The notes under the pieces: generated by a model
Seen by the model: only the letters and a program-made list of their open reading frames with translations
The model's database searches: none
Told to the model about the DNA's origin: nothing
Source of the DNA: Candidatus Thorarchaeota archaeon
GTDB lineage: Archaea; Asgardarchaeota; Thorarchaeia; Thorarchaeales; Thorarchaeaceae
Direction of reading: 5' to 3'
NCBI GenBank assembly: GCA_003345555.1
Contig: PRDJ01000033.1
Location: 13,564-45,563, forward strand
DNA length: 32,000 nt
Made by a program: the position numbers and the translations under genes
Shown here: piece by piece, positions 17,873 through 25,991 of the stretch
How positions within the stretch are numbered: the first letter of the stretch is position 1
Layout of the letters: each line of letters starts with the position of its first letter

Positions 17873-19077
17873 CTCTGGTTTCTGGACTTGATAGTTTCAA
17901 GGAAGCTCTGGAGGCGAACACCAAGCCGCTCCCGATCCGAAAGCTCGGGATCAATAGGGAGACGGAGGACAACAACTCCCGACTTCGATGCTGCTGCTTC
18001 AAGACTCGGTGCCTCAAACTCATCAGGGTCACAGAACGATTGCTCGCATATGACTAGGCCGTCGATAGCCAAGTTTGTTAGAATATCCCTGACAAACGAA
18101 AGACGCATCTCAAGACCTTCTTGGGTCGGCTCTAAAGGAGAGGACAAAATGGATCTTGCGACAGACTCGAATGGATCGCCCTCCATGTCACACGGCCGTG
18201 TGAATGCTGTCTTGAAGCCGAATGTGAGAAGATCGATGACAAGTGCGTTCTCCGAAATGCCTGCAGCAGACAGGAGAGCAACAAGAGCTCCTGGATCAAT
18301 CATGCCACCAGCAACGGCTATTCTGGGTGAGTCCGTATCATGTGCGAAAGTCAATCGTGTAAGATGCCCTTTCAGCAACTGTTGCCGGATTCTATTGATA
18401 GGCTCCAATGATTTCGACTTAGCGAGTGAACGCTGGGCCTGCGAAGCTGCACGTACAACCTCAGTAACTGACTTCTGGTCAGGGGACATTAGAAACGTGT
18501 GGATTAAGGCAGCCAGTTTCGAATATGGAAGAACTTGGGGAAGAATAGCCCTAGATGCGTACAAGAACTGTATTGATTCTCGGAATTGTCGAGTCAGACT
18601 TGCAGCCTCTTCAAACTCAGACAAGGAAAATGGAAGTCCGAAAGCCTTCTCGAGCATATTGCTCAGACTTCTGATTTCTTCTGCAAGGAAGTGTACACCC
18701 GCTTCGCCCTGATTTGCAGCAGGATAAGTAAGCCGGAACACTGTGTCGTCAGGAAAGCGAACACGCCATATGTCACCCACATTGAGAAGTGAGTCGCAGG
18801 TGTTGCCCGGGAACAAGAGCGCGGCCAGGGGAGGCAGCTGATCATTCGCGCGTTGACTGAATAGGTTTCTAGTGTAGGAACAGGCAAACGTCTGCAGACT
18901 CGCCTCGAAAGCACCGACAACACCGGGTCTGGCACGGACCAGTGATGGTACGAAGCCGTGAGCCATGATGATTTCCACAGGTGCATGCGGATAGATGTAT
19001 CCTAGAGTGAGCTTCTCGGCAACGCCAAGTCTGAACCCCTGACTATTCGATTGTATTGTTGCTTGTTCATAACTCAA
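17869..19077 (-). CDS. 2-hydroxyacyl-CoA dehydratase/benzoyl-CoA reductase family subunit (HgdB/BcrC-like)
   Basis: PVEIIMAHG, LQTFACSY, PGNTCDSL, EQSFCDPDEFE, RLQSFLE. Start uncertain: TTG at 19077 chosen, track gives 19155. Confidence 0.85.
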   Translation of the reverse strand: MSYEQATIQSNSQGFRLGVAEKLTLGYIYPHAPVEIIMAHGFVPSLVRARPGVVGAFEASLQTFACSYTRNLFSQRANDQLPPLAALLFPGNTCDSLLNVGDIWRVRFPDDTVFRLTYPAANQGEAGVHFLAEEIRSLSNMLEKAFGLPFSLSEFEEAASLTRQFRESIQFLYASRAILPQVLPYSKLAALIHTFLMSPDQKSVTEVVRAASQAQRSLAKSKSLEPINRIRQQLLKGHLTRLTFAHDTDSPRIAVAGGMIDPGALVALLSAAGISENALVIDLLTFGFKTAFTRPCDMEGDPFESVARSILSSPLEPTQEGLEMRLSFVRDILTNLAIDGLVICEQSFCDPDEFEAPSLEAAASKSGVVVLRLPIDPELSDRERLGVRLQSFLETIKSRNQR

Positions 19078-19218
19078 TCTGGCGACCCTCGGTTGTTTGC
19101 TTTCGTGTCGAGCAATTGAATGCAACTGAGATTCATCACGCCGTATCTTAATCATTGTGCTGGCGCCGTCGTTCTGGGTGCCAAGGACAAGAGGCCTTAC
19201 TGAGGCAAAAGGCCGGTC

Positions 19219-19293
19219 TCTCTTCTGACAGAAGAGATATCAGTCACGGATTCCATCAGCCACCTATTCTTGAATCCCACCAAACTCAAGAAT
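19219..19293. promoter_or_regulatory. Two inverted repeats in the divergent dehydratase/ligase intergenic region
   Basis: TCTCTTCTG-A-CAGAAGAGA (19219-19237, perfect 9-1-9) and ATTCTTGA-N12-TCAAGAAT (19266-19293). Confidence 0.45.
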
Positions 19294-19322
19294 CACAAAA
19301 AGAGAGTAGCGAGTGGACTGGA

Positions 19323-21080
19323 TTGGATGAGACATACATCTGGTACAAACATAAGTGGCCAAAAGAAGCTAGAAAGAAACTAGACTATCCCAAGGAACCA
19401 TTGTATGCCATGCTTGACCGAGCGGCAGAACAGCATGGTAACAACCCATACACACTTTTCGAAGGTGCCTCGAAGACCTATGCACAGATACGTGATCATG
19501 CTGACAGAATTGCCAACTTCTTGGTCACTAGGGGTATCAAGAAGGACACAAGGGTGGCACTCTTTCTGCCGAACGTGCCGCATTTCCCACCCATCTTCTT
19601 CGGCGCACTCAAGGCTGGAGCCACGGTTGTAACGTGCAATCCCATGTATAAGGCCGGAGAACTGAACTTTCAGCTGAAAGATTCGGGTGCCAAAGTCGTC
19701 TTTGTACTCGACCACCCAACCTTCACGCCGACCTGCTACGAAGCCATAAAGGGGACCGAAGTGAACACGGTCGTCGTATGCAGCGTGAAGTCTTTCCTGC
19801 CCGGAGCAAAAGCGAAGTTGGGATCGGCGCTCGGCAAGATACCGAAGAGCCCCTCATATGAACCCGGAATCACCTTCTTCTATGACGACATAATAAAGAA
19901 GTATGAGCCTAAACCGCCGAAGATTCCCCATGACCCCGAGGAGGTTGCCTTGATTCTATATACAGGCGGTACGACTGGTACACCGAAAGGTGCAGCATTG
20001 AAGCACAGCAACCTAGTTTCCAATGTTCTTCAAGTCTACGAATGGGTCAACCTCTCCCCAGAGGACATCAAGGACGCACCATCAAAAATACAACCGGAAA
20101 GGGAGGTGTTTATCGGAGCCCTTCCGTGGTATCATAGCTACGGGCTCACTTTGACCATGCTGATGTGCACACACCTCGCTGGGAAGCTGGTCTGCATCCC
20201 TGACCCGAGAGCTGGAAAACCACCCATGACAGCTCTTCTCAAGGATTTGCAAGATTACAAGGGCACCATTTTCTGCTGTGTGCCCGCATTGTATGCCGGC
20301 GTAGTTAACCATCCGAACGTGAAGAACTACGACCTGAGGTCTATCAAGGTATGTGGTTCTGGAGCAGCGCCTCTTCCGCCACAACTCGCAAAACAGTTCG
20401 AAGCAGTCACCGGCGCGGTGTTGTTCGAGGGCTACGGTCTCACCGAAACGTCGCCTGTCACGCATTTGAACCCCACAACCAGGAAAGATCGGAAGTTCGG
20501 CTCTATTGGTCTGCCTATTTCGGACACAATCTGCAAGATTGTCGACATTGAAACTGGCAAGAAAGAACTGCCCGTCGGTCAAACAGGTGAAATAGCGATT
20601 TGCGGTCCACAGGTGATGAAGGGCTACTGGAACAAGCCGAAGGAGACAGAGGACGTCTTTCGCACCATCGATGGCAAGCGCTTCTTCCTTACTGGTGACA
20701 TAGGGCACATGGATGAAGAGGGTTTCACCATAATCAGCGACAGGAAGAAGGAAATGATCAATGTTGGCGGGCTCAAGGCGTATCCGCGTGAGATTGAGGA
20801 CACCCTGTACGAACATCCCAAGATCGCAATGGCAGCCGTCGTTGGTATACCCCGTAGCAAGGAGGACATGGGCAACGAATACGTCAAGGCCTTTGTAGTC
20901 CTGAAGAAGGGAGAGAAGGCAACACCTGAGGAAATACTCGAGTGGGCCAAAGAGAAGTTGGCGGGCTACAAGAGACCGAAGGAAGTCGAAATCGTGGAGA
21001 CGCTACCCCTCAGTCAAGTGGGTAAGGTACTGAGACGAGAACTCCGAATGAAGGAATTGCAGAAGAAAGGAATGGTTTAG
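19323..21080 (+). CDS. Acyl-CoA synthetase (long-chain fatty-acid--CoA ligase family)
   Basis: YTGGTTGTPKG, ALPWYHSYG, GYGLTE, TGDIG, DRKKEMI, GKVLRR. Start moved to TTG at 19323 (MDETYIW); the track's extension from 19155 is low-complexity and touches the divergent gene. Confidence 0.93.
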   Translation: MDETYIWYKHKWPKEARKKLDYPKEPLYAMLDRAAEQHGNNPYTLFEGASKTYAQIRDHADRIANFLVTRGIKKDTRVALFLPNVPHFPPIFFGALKAGATVVTCNPMYKAGELNFQLKDSGAKVVFVLDHPTFTPTCYEAIKGTEVNTVVVCSVKSFLPGAKAKLGSALGKIPKSPSYEPGITFFYDDIIKKYEPKPPKIPHDPEEVALILYTGGTTGTPKGAALKHSNLVSNVLQVYEWVNLSPEDIKDAPSKIQPEREVFIGALPWYHSYGLTLTMLMCTHLAGKLVCIPDPRAGKPPMTALLKDLQDYKGTIFCCVPALYAGVVNHPNVKNYDLRSIKVCGSGAAPLPPQLAKQFEAVTGAVLFEGYGLTETSPVTHLNPTTRKDRKFGSIGLPISDTICKIVDIETGKKELPVGQTGEIAICGPQVMKGYWNKPKETEDVFRTIDGKRFFLTGDIGHMDEEGFTIISDRKKEMINVGGLKAYPREIEDTLYEHPKIAMAAVVGIPRSKEDMGNEYVKAFVVLKKGEKATPEEILEWAKEKLAGYKRPKEVEIVETLPLSQVGKVLRRELRMKELQKKGMV

Positions 21081-21095
21081 TTCTTCGCTAGCGTA

Positions 21096-21137
21096 GCCTC
21101 GTGTGGTCGTTGCACTACACGAGGCCGGCTTTTTCTT
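21096..21137 (+). terminator. Hairpin plus T-tract after the ligase gene
   Basis: GCCTCGTGTGGT-CGTTGC-ACTACACGAGGC (12-bp stem, one G-U pair) followed by CGGCTTTTTCTT. Confidence 0.65.
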
Positions 21138-21506
21138 ATCTAGAGAAGTGGACGAAGGCAATTGCCTCCGTCGAAAACCTTGGCCTAAGAGCAGTCGTCC
21201 TGCGCGTGTTCTTGGTCTGAGCCACGTTCTTCACTTCACAACTGGTACGAAGGCGTAAGCCAGTGCAGCAGCAGACTGTACATTCGCGTTCTTTCTGTTC
21301 ATCATCACAGACATTTTTCGGGAATTGCTTTCGTGAGCCATGTTACTTCACGAGTAATGCCTCTCAAGTTCAGTATATAATGGAAAGCCACGTTTCGAGG
21401 CCACTGATGAGAGTCACATGATGTGACTGCACGTGAACCGAAACTGCCGGTAATAGAGGTGTCAGAGGCTGACTAGAACTGTGGCTGCTCGCAATCGAAG
21501 CAAGTC

Positions 21507-22040
21507 CTACTTGGTGGGCTTAGAACGGTCCGATTCCCGCTTGTGCCTCTTTCCGAGCTCAACATACAATTCTGCATCGGTCTTGAAGGACTCGTGCATG
21601 TCCGGAGGTACTTCCTTGATGACCTTTCCAGGAATTCCCAGCACTAGTGAATTTGGCGGGATTTGAGTGTTCTCTGTGACGACTGCCCCTGCCCCGATGA
21701 CACTTCCATCTCCGACTTTGACACCAGTGAGAACTATCGCACCGATGCCGACAACGACTTGATTGCCTATCTCACATGCGTGAATCACTGAATTGTGACC
21801 TGCAGTGACAAGGTCACCAATTATGGTCGGATTGAGAAACGTGCAGTGTACTGTGCAATTGTCCTGTATGGATGTGTTCTTGCCGATTCGTATCTTGTTC
21901 ATATCAGCTCGAACCACTGCGAACTCCCAGACGCTCGTTCCGTCTCCAATCTCAATATCTCCGATTAGAGATGCGCGCGGAGAGACGTAAGCACCCGGGT
22001 GAATCTTCGGCATCTTACCTTCAAACTTGTACAAGCCCAT
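21507..22040 (-). CDS. Gamma-class carbonic anhydrase family protein
   Basis: Hexapeptide repeats; VRAD, IQDNCTVH, GHNSVIHAC (three His ligands); PPNSLVLGIPGK. Start moved to ATG at 22040. Confidence 0.9.
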   Translation of the reverse strand: MGLYKFEGKMPKIHPGAYVSPRASLIGDIEIGDGTSVWEFAVVRADMNKIRIGKNTSIQDNCTVHCTFLNPTIIGDLVTAGHNSVIHACEIGNQVVVGIGAIVLTGVKVGDGSVIGAGAVVTENTQIPPNSLVLGIPGKVIKEVPPDMHESFKTDAELYVELGKRHKRESDRSKPTK

Positions 22041-22283
22041 CGTTCTGACACCAAGATCCACCACTGGTCGGAGGTCTATAAGAGTGTTGAGAAAGTCCAT
22101 GTATATCATTCCGGAAGGCTGCATCGCTCATGGGTTCAGTTCGATCTTGCTTGCCAAACCGACCGCTTGGATGGCTTTCCGCGGGGCTATTGCATTAACT
22201 GTGCACGACCCGAACTGCAGTACTACTTATAGGGTAGCTTAGCCAAGCCGCATGGCACATTACCATAAGGAGGAAAGAAGTGG

Positions 22284-23072
22284 TTGATTCTGAATCCCTT
22301 GGGTCCGGGCTTGGAAATTGCTTGGGACCTAGTTGCGATGGTGCTCTCTATTATTGCAGTCATGATGGTCGTGCAAATCAACGGAACCATCCGAAAGACT
22401 GGTAAGCTATCCTCTAACGTGACACGCAAGGTCGTCCACATCTTTGCGGCGCCCGTATTCGCCTTGACCTGGTATCTATACCCTGGCGATGCCTACAGTC
22501 GCTATTTCGCAATGATTGTGCCCATCTTGTTTGTGCTTCTATTCGCTGGAATAGGAATGGGAAAGGTGAAGAACGAGGCCTTTGTTGCATCGATGTCGCG
22601 CTCGGGAGATCCAAAAGAATTACTCAGAGGAACTCTATACTATGCAATGATGATAGTCATAGTGACATTCTTCTGGTTCTATTATCCTGCGACTCCCATG
22701 GGGCTTGTCATCTTTGGCTGCCTTGCTGGCGGTGACGGACTTGCAGACATCATCGGCCGCAAGTATGGCGGCAACAGGAAGTTCGGCATCGGTGGTGCAG
22801 AGAAGACTATGGCCGGGTCCGCTGGCATGTTCTTTGGTTCCTTTCTGTTCAGCTATATCCTGATTGCCATATTCTCCCTAGAAGTCGCGGCGTTCAATCT
22901 CGTTAACCTGTTTCTTCCAATTCTCGTGATTAGCTTGGTGGCCACGTTAGTTGAAGCCCTCTCGCCCAAGAACGTGGACAACTGGACAGTGCCATTGGCA
23001 GTGATTGTCATGGTCGTCCTGTTCATCTATTTCATGCCGACATGGTGGCCATTTGCATTGCTAAGCTTCTAG
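22284..23072 (+). CDS. CTP-dependent prenol kinase (phytol/farnesol kinase VTE5/FOLK-like; SEC59/DGK1 superfamily)
   Basis: RKVVHI, MSRSGDPKELLRGTLYY, GGDGLADIIGRKYG, KT.AGS, DNWTVP; multi-TM; AGGAGG before the TTG start. Confidence 0.85.
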   Translation: MILNPLGPGLEIAWDLVAMVLSIIAVMMVVQINGTIRKTGKLSSNVTRKVVHIFAAPVFALTWYLYPGDAYSRYFAMIVPILFVLLFAGIGMGKVKNEAFVASMSRSGDPKELLRGTLYYAMMIVIVTFFWFYYPATPMGLVIFGCLAGGDGLADIIGRKYGGNRKFGIGGAEKTMAGSAGMFFGSFLFSYILIAIFSLEVAAFNLVNLFLPILVISLVATLVEALSPKNVDNWTVPLAVIVMVVLFIYFMPTWWPFALLSF

Positions 23073-23094
23073 GTTCTCAGGCGGTGGCGGGATA

Positions 23095-23913
23095 ATGGCA
23101 AAGGACCTCACGGTCATCAAACTAGGAGGATCGCTCCTTACAGACAAGTCAAAGCCATATGAGGCACGCAAACCAGTGATCAGGTCGGTCACACGGGAAC
23201 TCAAGACGTGTATTGATGATGGGCTCATCAAGTCGTTGGTTGTAGTACAAGGAGTCGGGTCGTACGGTCACCCACCAATTCTTGAGCACGGTCTCCACAA
23301 GGGTTTCAAAGGACCCGAACAACTCCTTCCGCTGTCAAAGACGCAACGCAAAGTGAATGAGTTCCGGGAAATGGTTGCAGCGGAGTTCCATCTGGCCGGA
23401 TTGCCAGTGAACCTACTTCACCCATCCTCGATGATTACGGCAGAGAAGATGCGGATTCTCAAGTATTTCCTGGACCCGCTGAAGGGATATCTATCCCTAG
23501 GAATGGTGCCATTACTTGGCGGCGACATGCTGTATGACACTACAATGGGATTTAGTGTAGGGAGCGGCGACCAACTCGCAGTGATGCTGGCTCGTGAGCT
23601 CGATGCCAAACGTCTCATCTTCGCGATGGACGTACCAGGAATCTACACAGGCAATCCAAAGACAGACCCCAGGGCATCTATCATTGAACAGGTCAATCTC
23701 AATGAAATCGATAAGGTTCTTGCGCAAATGGGCTCCTCGGGAACTGCCGATGCAAGCGGAGCAATGAAGGGAAAGCTGATGTCGATTGCACAGGCCAGAG
23801 ACCTAGTCGAAGCAGGTCTGGAAGTCACTCTACTTTCAATGATGAAACCGGGGAATCTTCACGGCCTGCTTGAAGGCAAGGCTATAACGTGCACCCGGGT
23901 GGTGGTGAGGTAG
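23095..23913 (+). CDS. ipk: Isopentenyl phosphate kinase (amino-acid-kinase fold)
   Basis: VIKLGGSLLTDKS, GVGSYGH (IPK-type His), GDMLYD, GSGDQL, DVPGIY, DASGAMKGKL. Confidence 0.82.
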   Translation: MAKDLTVIKLGGSLLTDKSKPYEARKPVIRSVTRELKTCIDDGLIKSLVVVQGVGSYGHPPILEHGLHKGFKGPEQLLPLSKTQRKVNEFREMVAAEFHLAGLPVNLLHPSSMITAEKMRILKYFLDPLKGYLSLGMVPLLGGDMLYDTTMGFSVGSGDQLAVMLARELDAKRLIFAMDVPGIYTGNPKTDPRASIIEQVNLNEIDKVLAQMGSSGTADASGAMKGKLMSIAQARDLVEAGLEVTLLSMMKPGNLHGLLEGKAITCTRVVVR

Positions 23914-23975
23914 TTAAGTCCTCGGATCACCACATATAATCAGACGACCATATTGCTCGCAGCTTGTGAACCTCC

Positions 23976-24545
23976 ATGCCGTTCACCCCGCTCCACTATC
24001 CTATTGCGTATGCGCTTCATAGGCTTGGGAGGAGACTCTCCATGCCCGGCCTAATCGTGGGTTCTTTCGTGCCTGACATTGAGGTCCCGGTGCTATGGCT
24101 GTTCGGTGGTGGCCTTCCAGATCACTTAATCCTACACAGCATCATAGGCGTGCTCACAATTGGTGTATTGGTCTCGGTCCTGGTGACACGCTTCCTTTAC
24201 GCGCCCGCCATATCTGCCCTCTTTGGAATCGAACGAGCCAAGCTGGAGTCAGCCTGCGCAACGAGCTACGTCCTAATTGGGTCGTGTCTCCTCGGTCTGT
24301 TCGGTCATCTTCTTCTCGATCTTCCGATGCACCCCTACAATCCACTGCTTTGGCCATGGGTGAATCCTAATGCCATTGTTGGCATTCTTGTTATCCTCTT
24401 TGCCCAAGGAGGAAACATCGAAAGCGGTTTCGCAGCTGCGAATCAACTCGTCAGTGTTGTAATGCTAGTACCATTACTCGCGATCGTTATCAAACATAGA
24501 CATGTGCTGTGGAGCAGCCTGTGGCTTGATGAAACCCGAAAGTAG
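23976..24545 (+). CDS. DUF4184-like membrane protein (putative metal-dependent hydrolase superfamily)
   Basis: MPFTPLHYP, GSFVPDIE, LHS, GHLLLD.PMH; hydrophobic helices. Confidence 0.7.
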   Translation: MPFTPLHYPIAYALHRLGRRLSMPGLIVGSFVPDIEVPVLWLFGGGLPDHLILHSIIGVLTIGVLVSVLVTRFLYAPAISALFGIERAKLESACATSYVLIGSCLLGLFGHLLLDLPMHPYNPLLWPWVNPNAIVGILVILFAQGGNIESGFAAANQLVSVVMLVPLLAIVIKHRHVLWSSLWLDETRK

Positions 24546-24690
24546 CATCCTGTTGGAAGCTCGTGAAGTAGCGAAGCAGCTATAGGTACATGTGAGGATG
24601 ATCATACGGATAATAGAGATTGCCCAAACTGCTCTGCCCTAATGTAGTATTCATAAGGGAGCTTTGCATTTCTGGGTTCGTGACTGTGAG

Positions 24691-25947
24691 ATGACGGACT
24701 ACAAGGTAAAGGATATTGGTCTTGCACAAGAAGGCAGATTGCTGATCGACTATGCAGAGAAGCATATGCCGGTGCTCATGCACCTGAGGAAACAGCATTC
24801 TGACAAGAAACCTCTCAAGAACATGAGGATATCGGGCTGTCTCCATGTGACCAAGGAGACCGCCGTGCTGATAGAGAGCCTAAGAGCTATGGGAGCCGAA
24901 GTCGCTTGGTGTGGCTGTAATCCACTTTCAACAAATGACAAGGTTGCAGCAGCTCTTGCCGCTAACAACGTCCCGGTATTCGCATGGAATGGACTGAACA
25001 AGGAGGAGTACTACTGGTGCATAGAGAAGACGCTGCAATATCGGCCGAACCTCACTCTTGATGATGGTGCAGACCTAATATTCACACTCCACAGGAAGCA
25101 CGAAGACTTGATTTCCAACCTGTACGGAGGTTCGGAAGAGACAACAACAGGAGTGATCAGGGTGAGGGCCATGTCTGAAGACGGTGCGCTGAAATACCCT
25201 ATCGTTGCAGTCAATGATGCAGCCACCAAGCACATGTTCGACAATGTGTATGGCACAGGGCAGAGTACATTTGATGGTGTCTTGCGAGCTTCAGCAATAC
25301 TGATTGCAGGGAAGACTGTGGTCATATCTGGTTATGGCTTCTGTGGACGCGGACTAGCAGCGAGAGCCAGAGGATTCGGTGCTGATGTCATAGTAACGGA
25401 AGTCGACCCGGTTAAGGCCCTGCAGGCACGCATGGATGGCTATAGGGTCATGCCAATGAAGCAGGCGGCAAGGGAAGGAGACCTATTCATAACTTCAACG
25501 GGCATGAAGGACATAATAAACGCCGAGCATATGAAGGTCATGAAAGACGGGGCGATTCTGGGGAACGCCGGCCATTACAACGTAGAAATCAACGGCAGTG
25601 ACCTTGACTCACTTAGTACAGGAAAGAAGAGGGTGCGTCCTGCGCTTGACGAATACTTACTCAGAGACGGCAGACGATTGTATCTTCTGGGTGAAGGGAG
25701 ACTTGTCAACCTTGTGGCAGCAGAAGGCCATCCATCAGAGGTCATGGATCTTTCGTTCGCCGCCCAAATGAACGCAATGCTCTGGTTGACTTTGCATGGC
25801 AAGACATTGAAGCCTGCGGTCTACACGTTCCCAGAGGAGCTCGACAAACAGACTGCCATGGCGAAACTTGAGACAATGGGCATCAAGATTGACAAGTGGA
25901 CAACAGAACAGACTGCATATGCTAAGGCATACGCCGAAGGGACTTGA
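24691..25947 (+). CDS. ahcY: S-adenosylhomocysteine hydrolase
   Basis: GCLHVTKET, DDGADL, EETTTG, NDAATKHMFDNVYGTGQS, GYGFCGRG, NLVAAEGHPSEVMD; ATG at 24691. Confidence 0.97.
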   Translation: MTDYKVKDIGLAQEGRLLIDYAEKHMPVLMHLRKQHSDKKPLKNMRISGCLHVTKETAVLIESLRAMGAEVAWCGCNPLSTNDKVAAALAANNVPVFAWNGLNKEEYYWCIEKTLQYRPNLTLDDGADLIFTLHRKHEDLISNLYGGSEETTTGVIRVRAMSEDGALKYPIVAVNDAATKHMFDNVYGTGQSTFDGVLRASAILIAGKTVVISGYGFCGRGLAARARGFGADVIVTEVDPVKALQARMDGYRVMPMKQAAREGDLFITSTGMKDIINAEHMKVMKDGAILGNAGHYNVEINGSDLDSLSTGKKRVRPALDEYLLRDGRRLYLLGEGRLVNLVAAEGHPSEVMDLSFAAQMNAMLWLTLHGKTLKPAVYTFPEELDKQTAMAKLETMGIKIDKWTTEQTAYAKAYAEGT

Positions 25948-25952
25948 ACGGG

Positions 25953-25985
25953 GACTGAGGAGAGCATTGCTCCTCAGTCTTTCTC
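25953..25985. terminator. Hairpin between the convergent ahcY and hydrolase genes
   Basis: GACTGAGGAG-AGCATTG-CTCCTCAGTC (perfect 10-bp stem) followed by TTTCT. Confidence 0.65.
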
Positions 25986-25991
25986 GCCATC

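Noticed and set aside
17852-18712. 286-aa plus-strand ORF, and other long antisense ORFs such as 20082-20816, 1854-2417, 10606-11163 and 25735-26313
   Set aside because: They lie entirely opposite well-supported genes and carry no motifs; these are shadow ORFs.
15849-19077. Firm call as class I benzoyl-CoA reductase
   Set aside because: Only one activase subunit is present, no ring-cleavage genes lie in the window, and the motifs are shared with Hgd/Had/Fld dehydratases.
24546-24690. SAH or SAM riboswitch upstream of ahcY
   Set aside because: No match to the conserved cores I know; only weak pairing.
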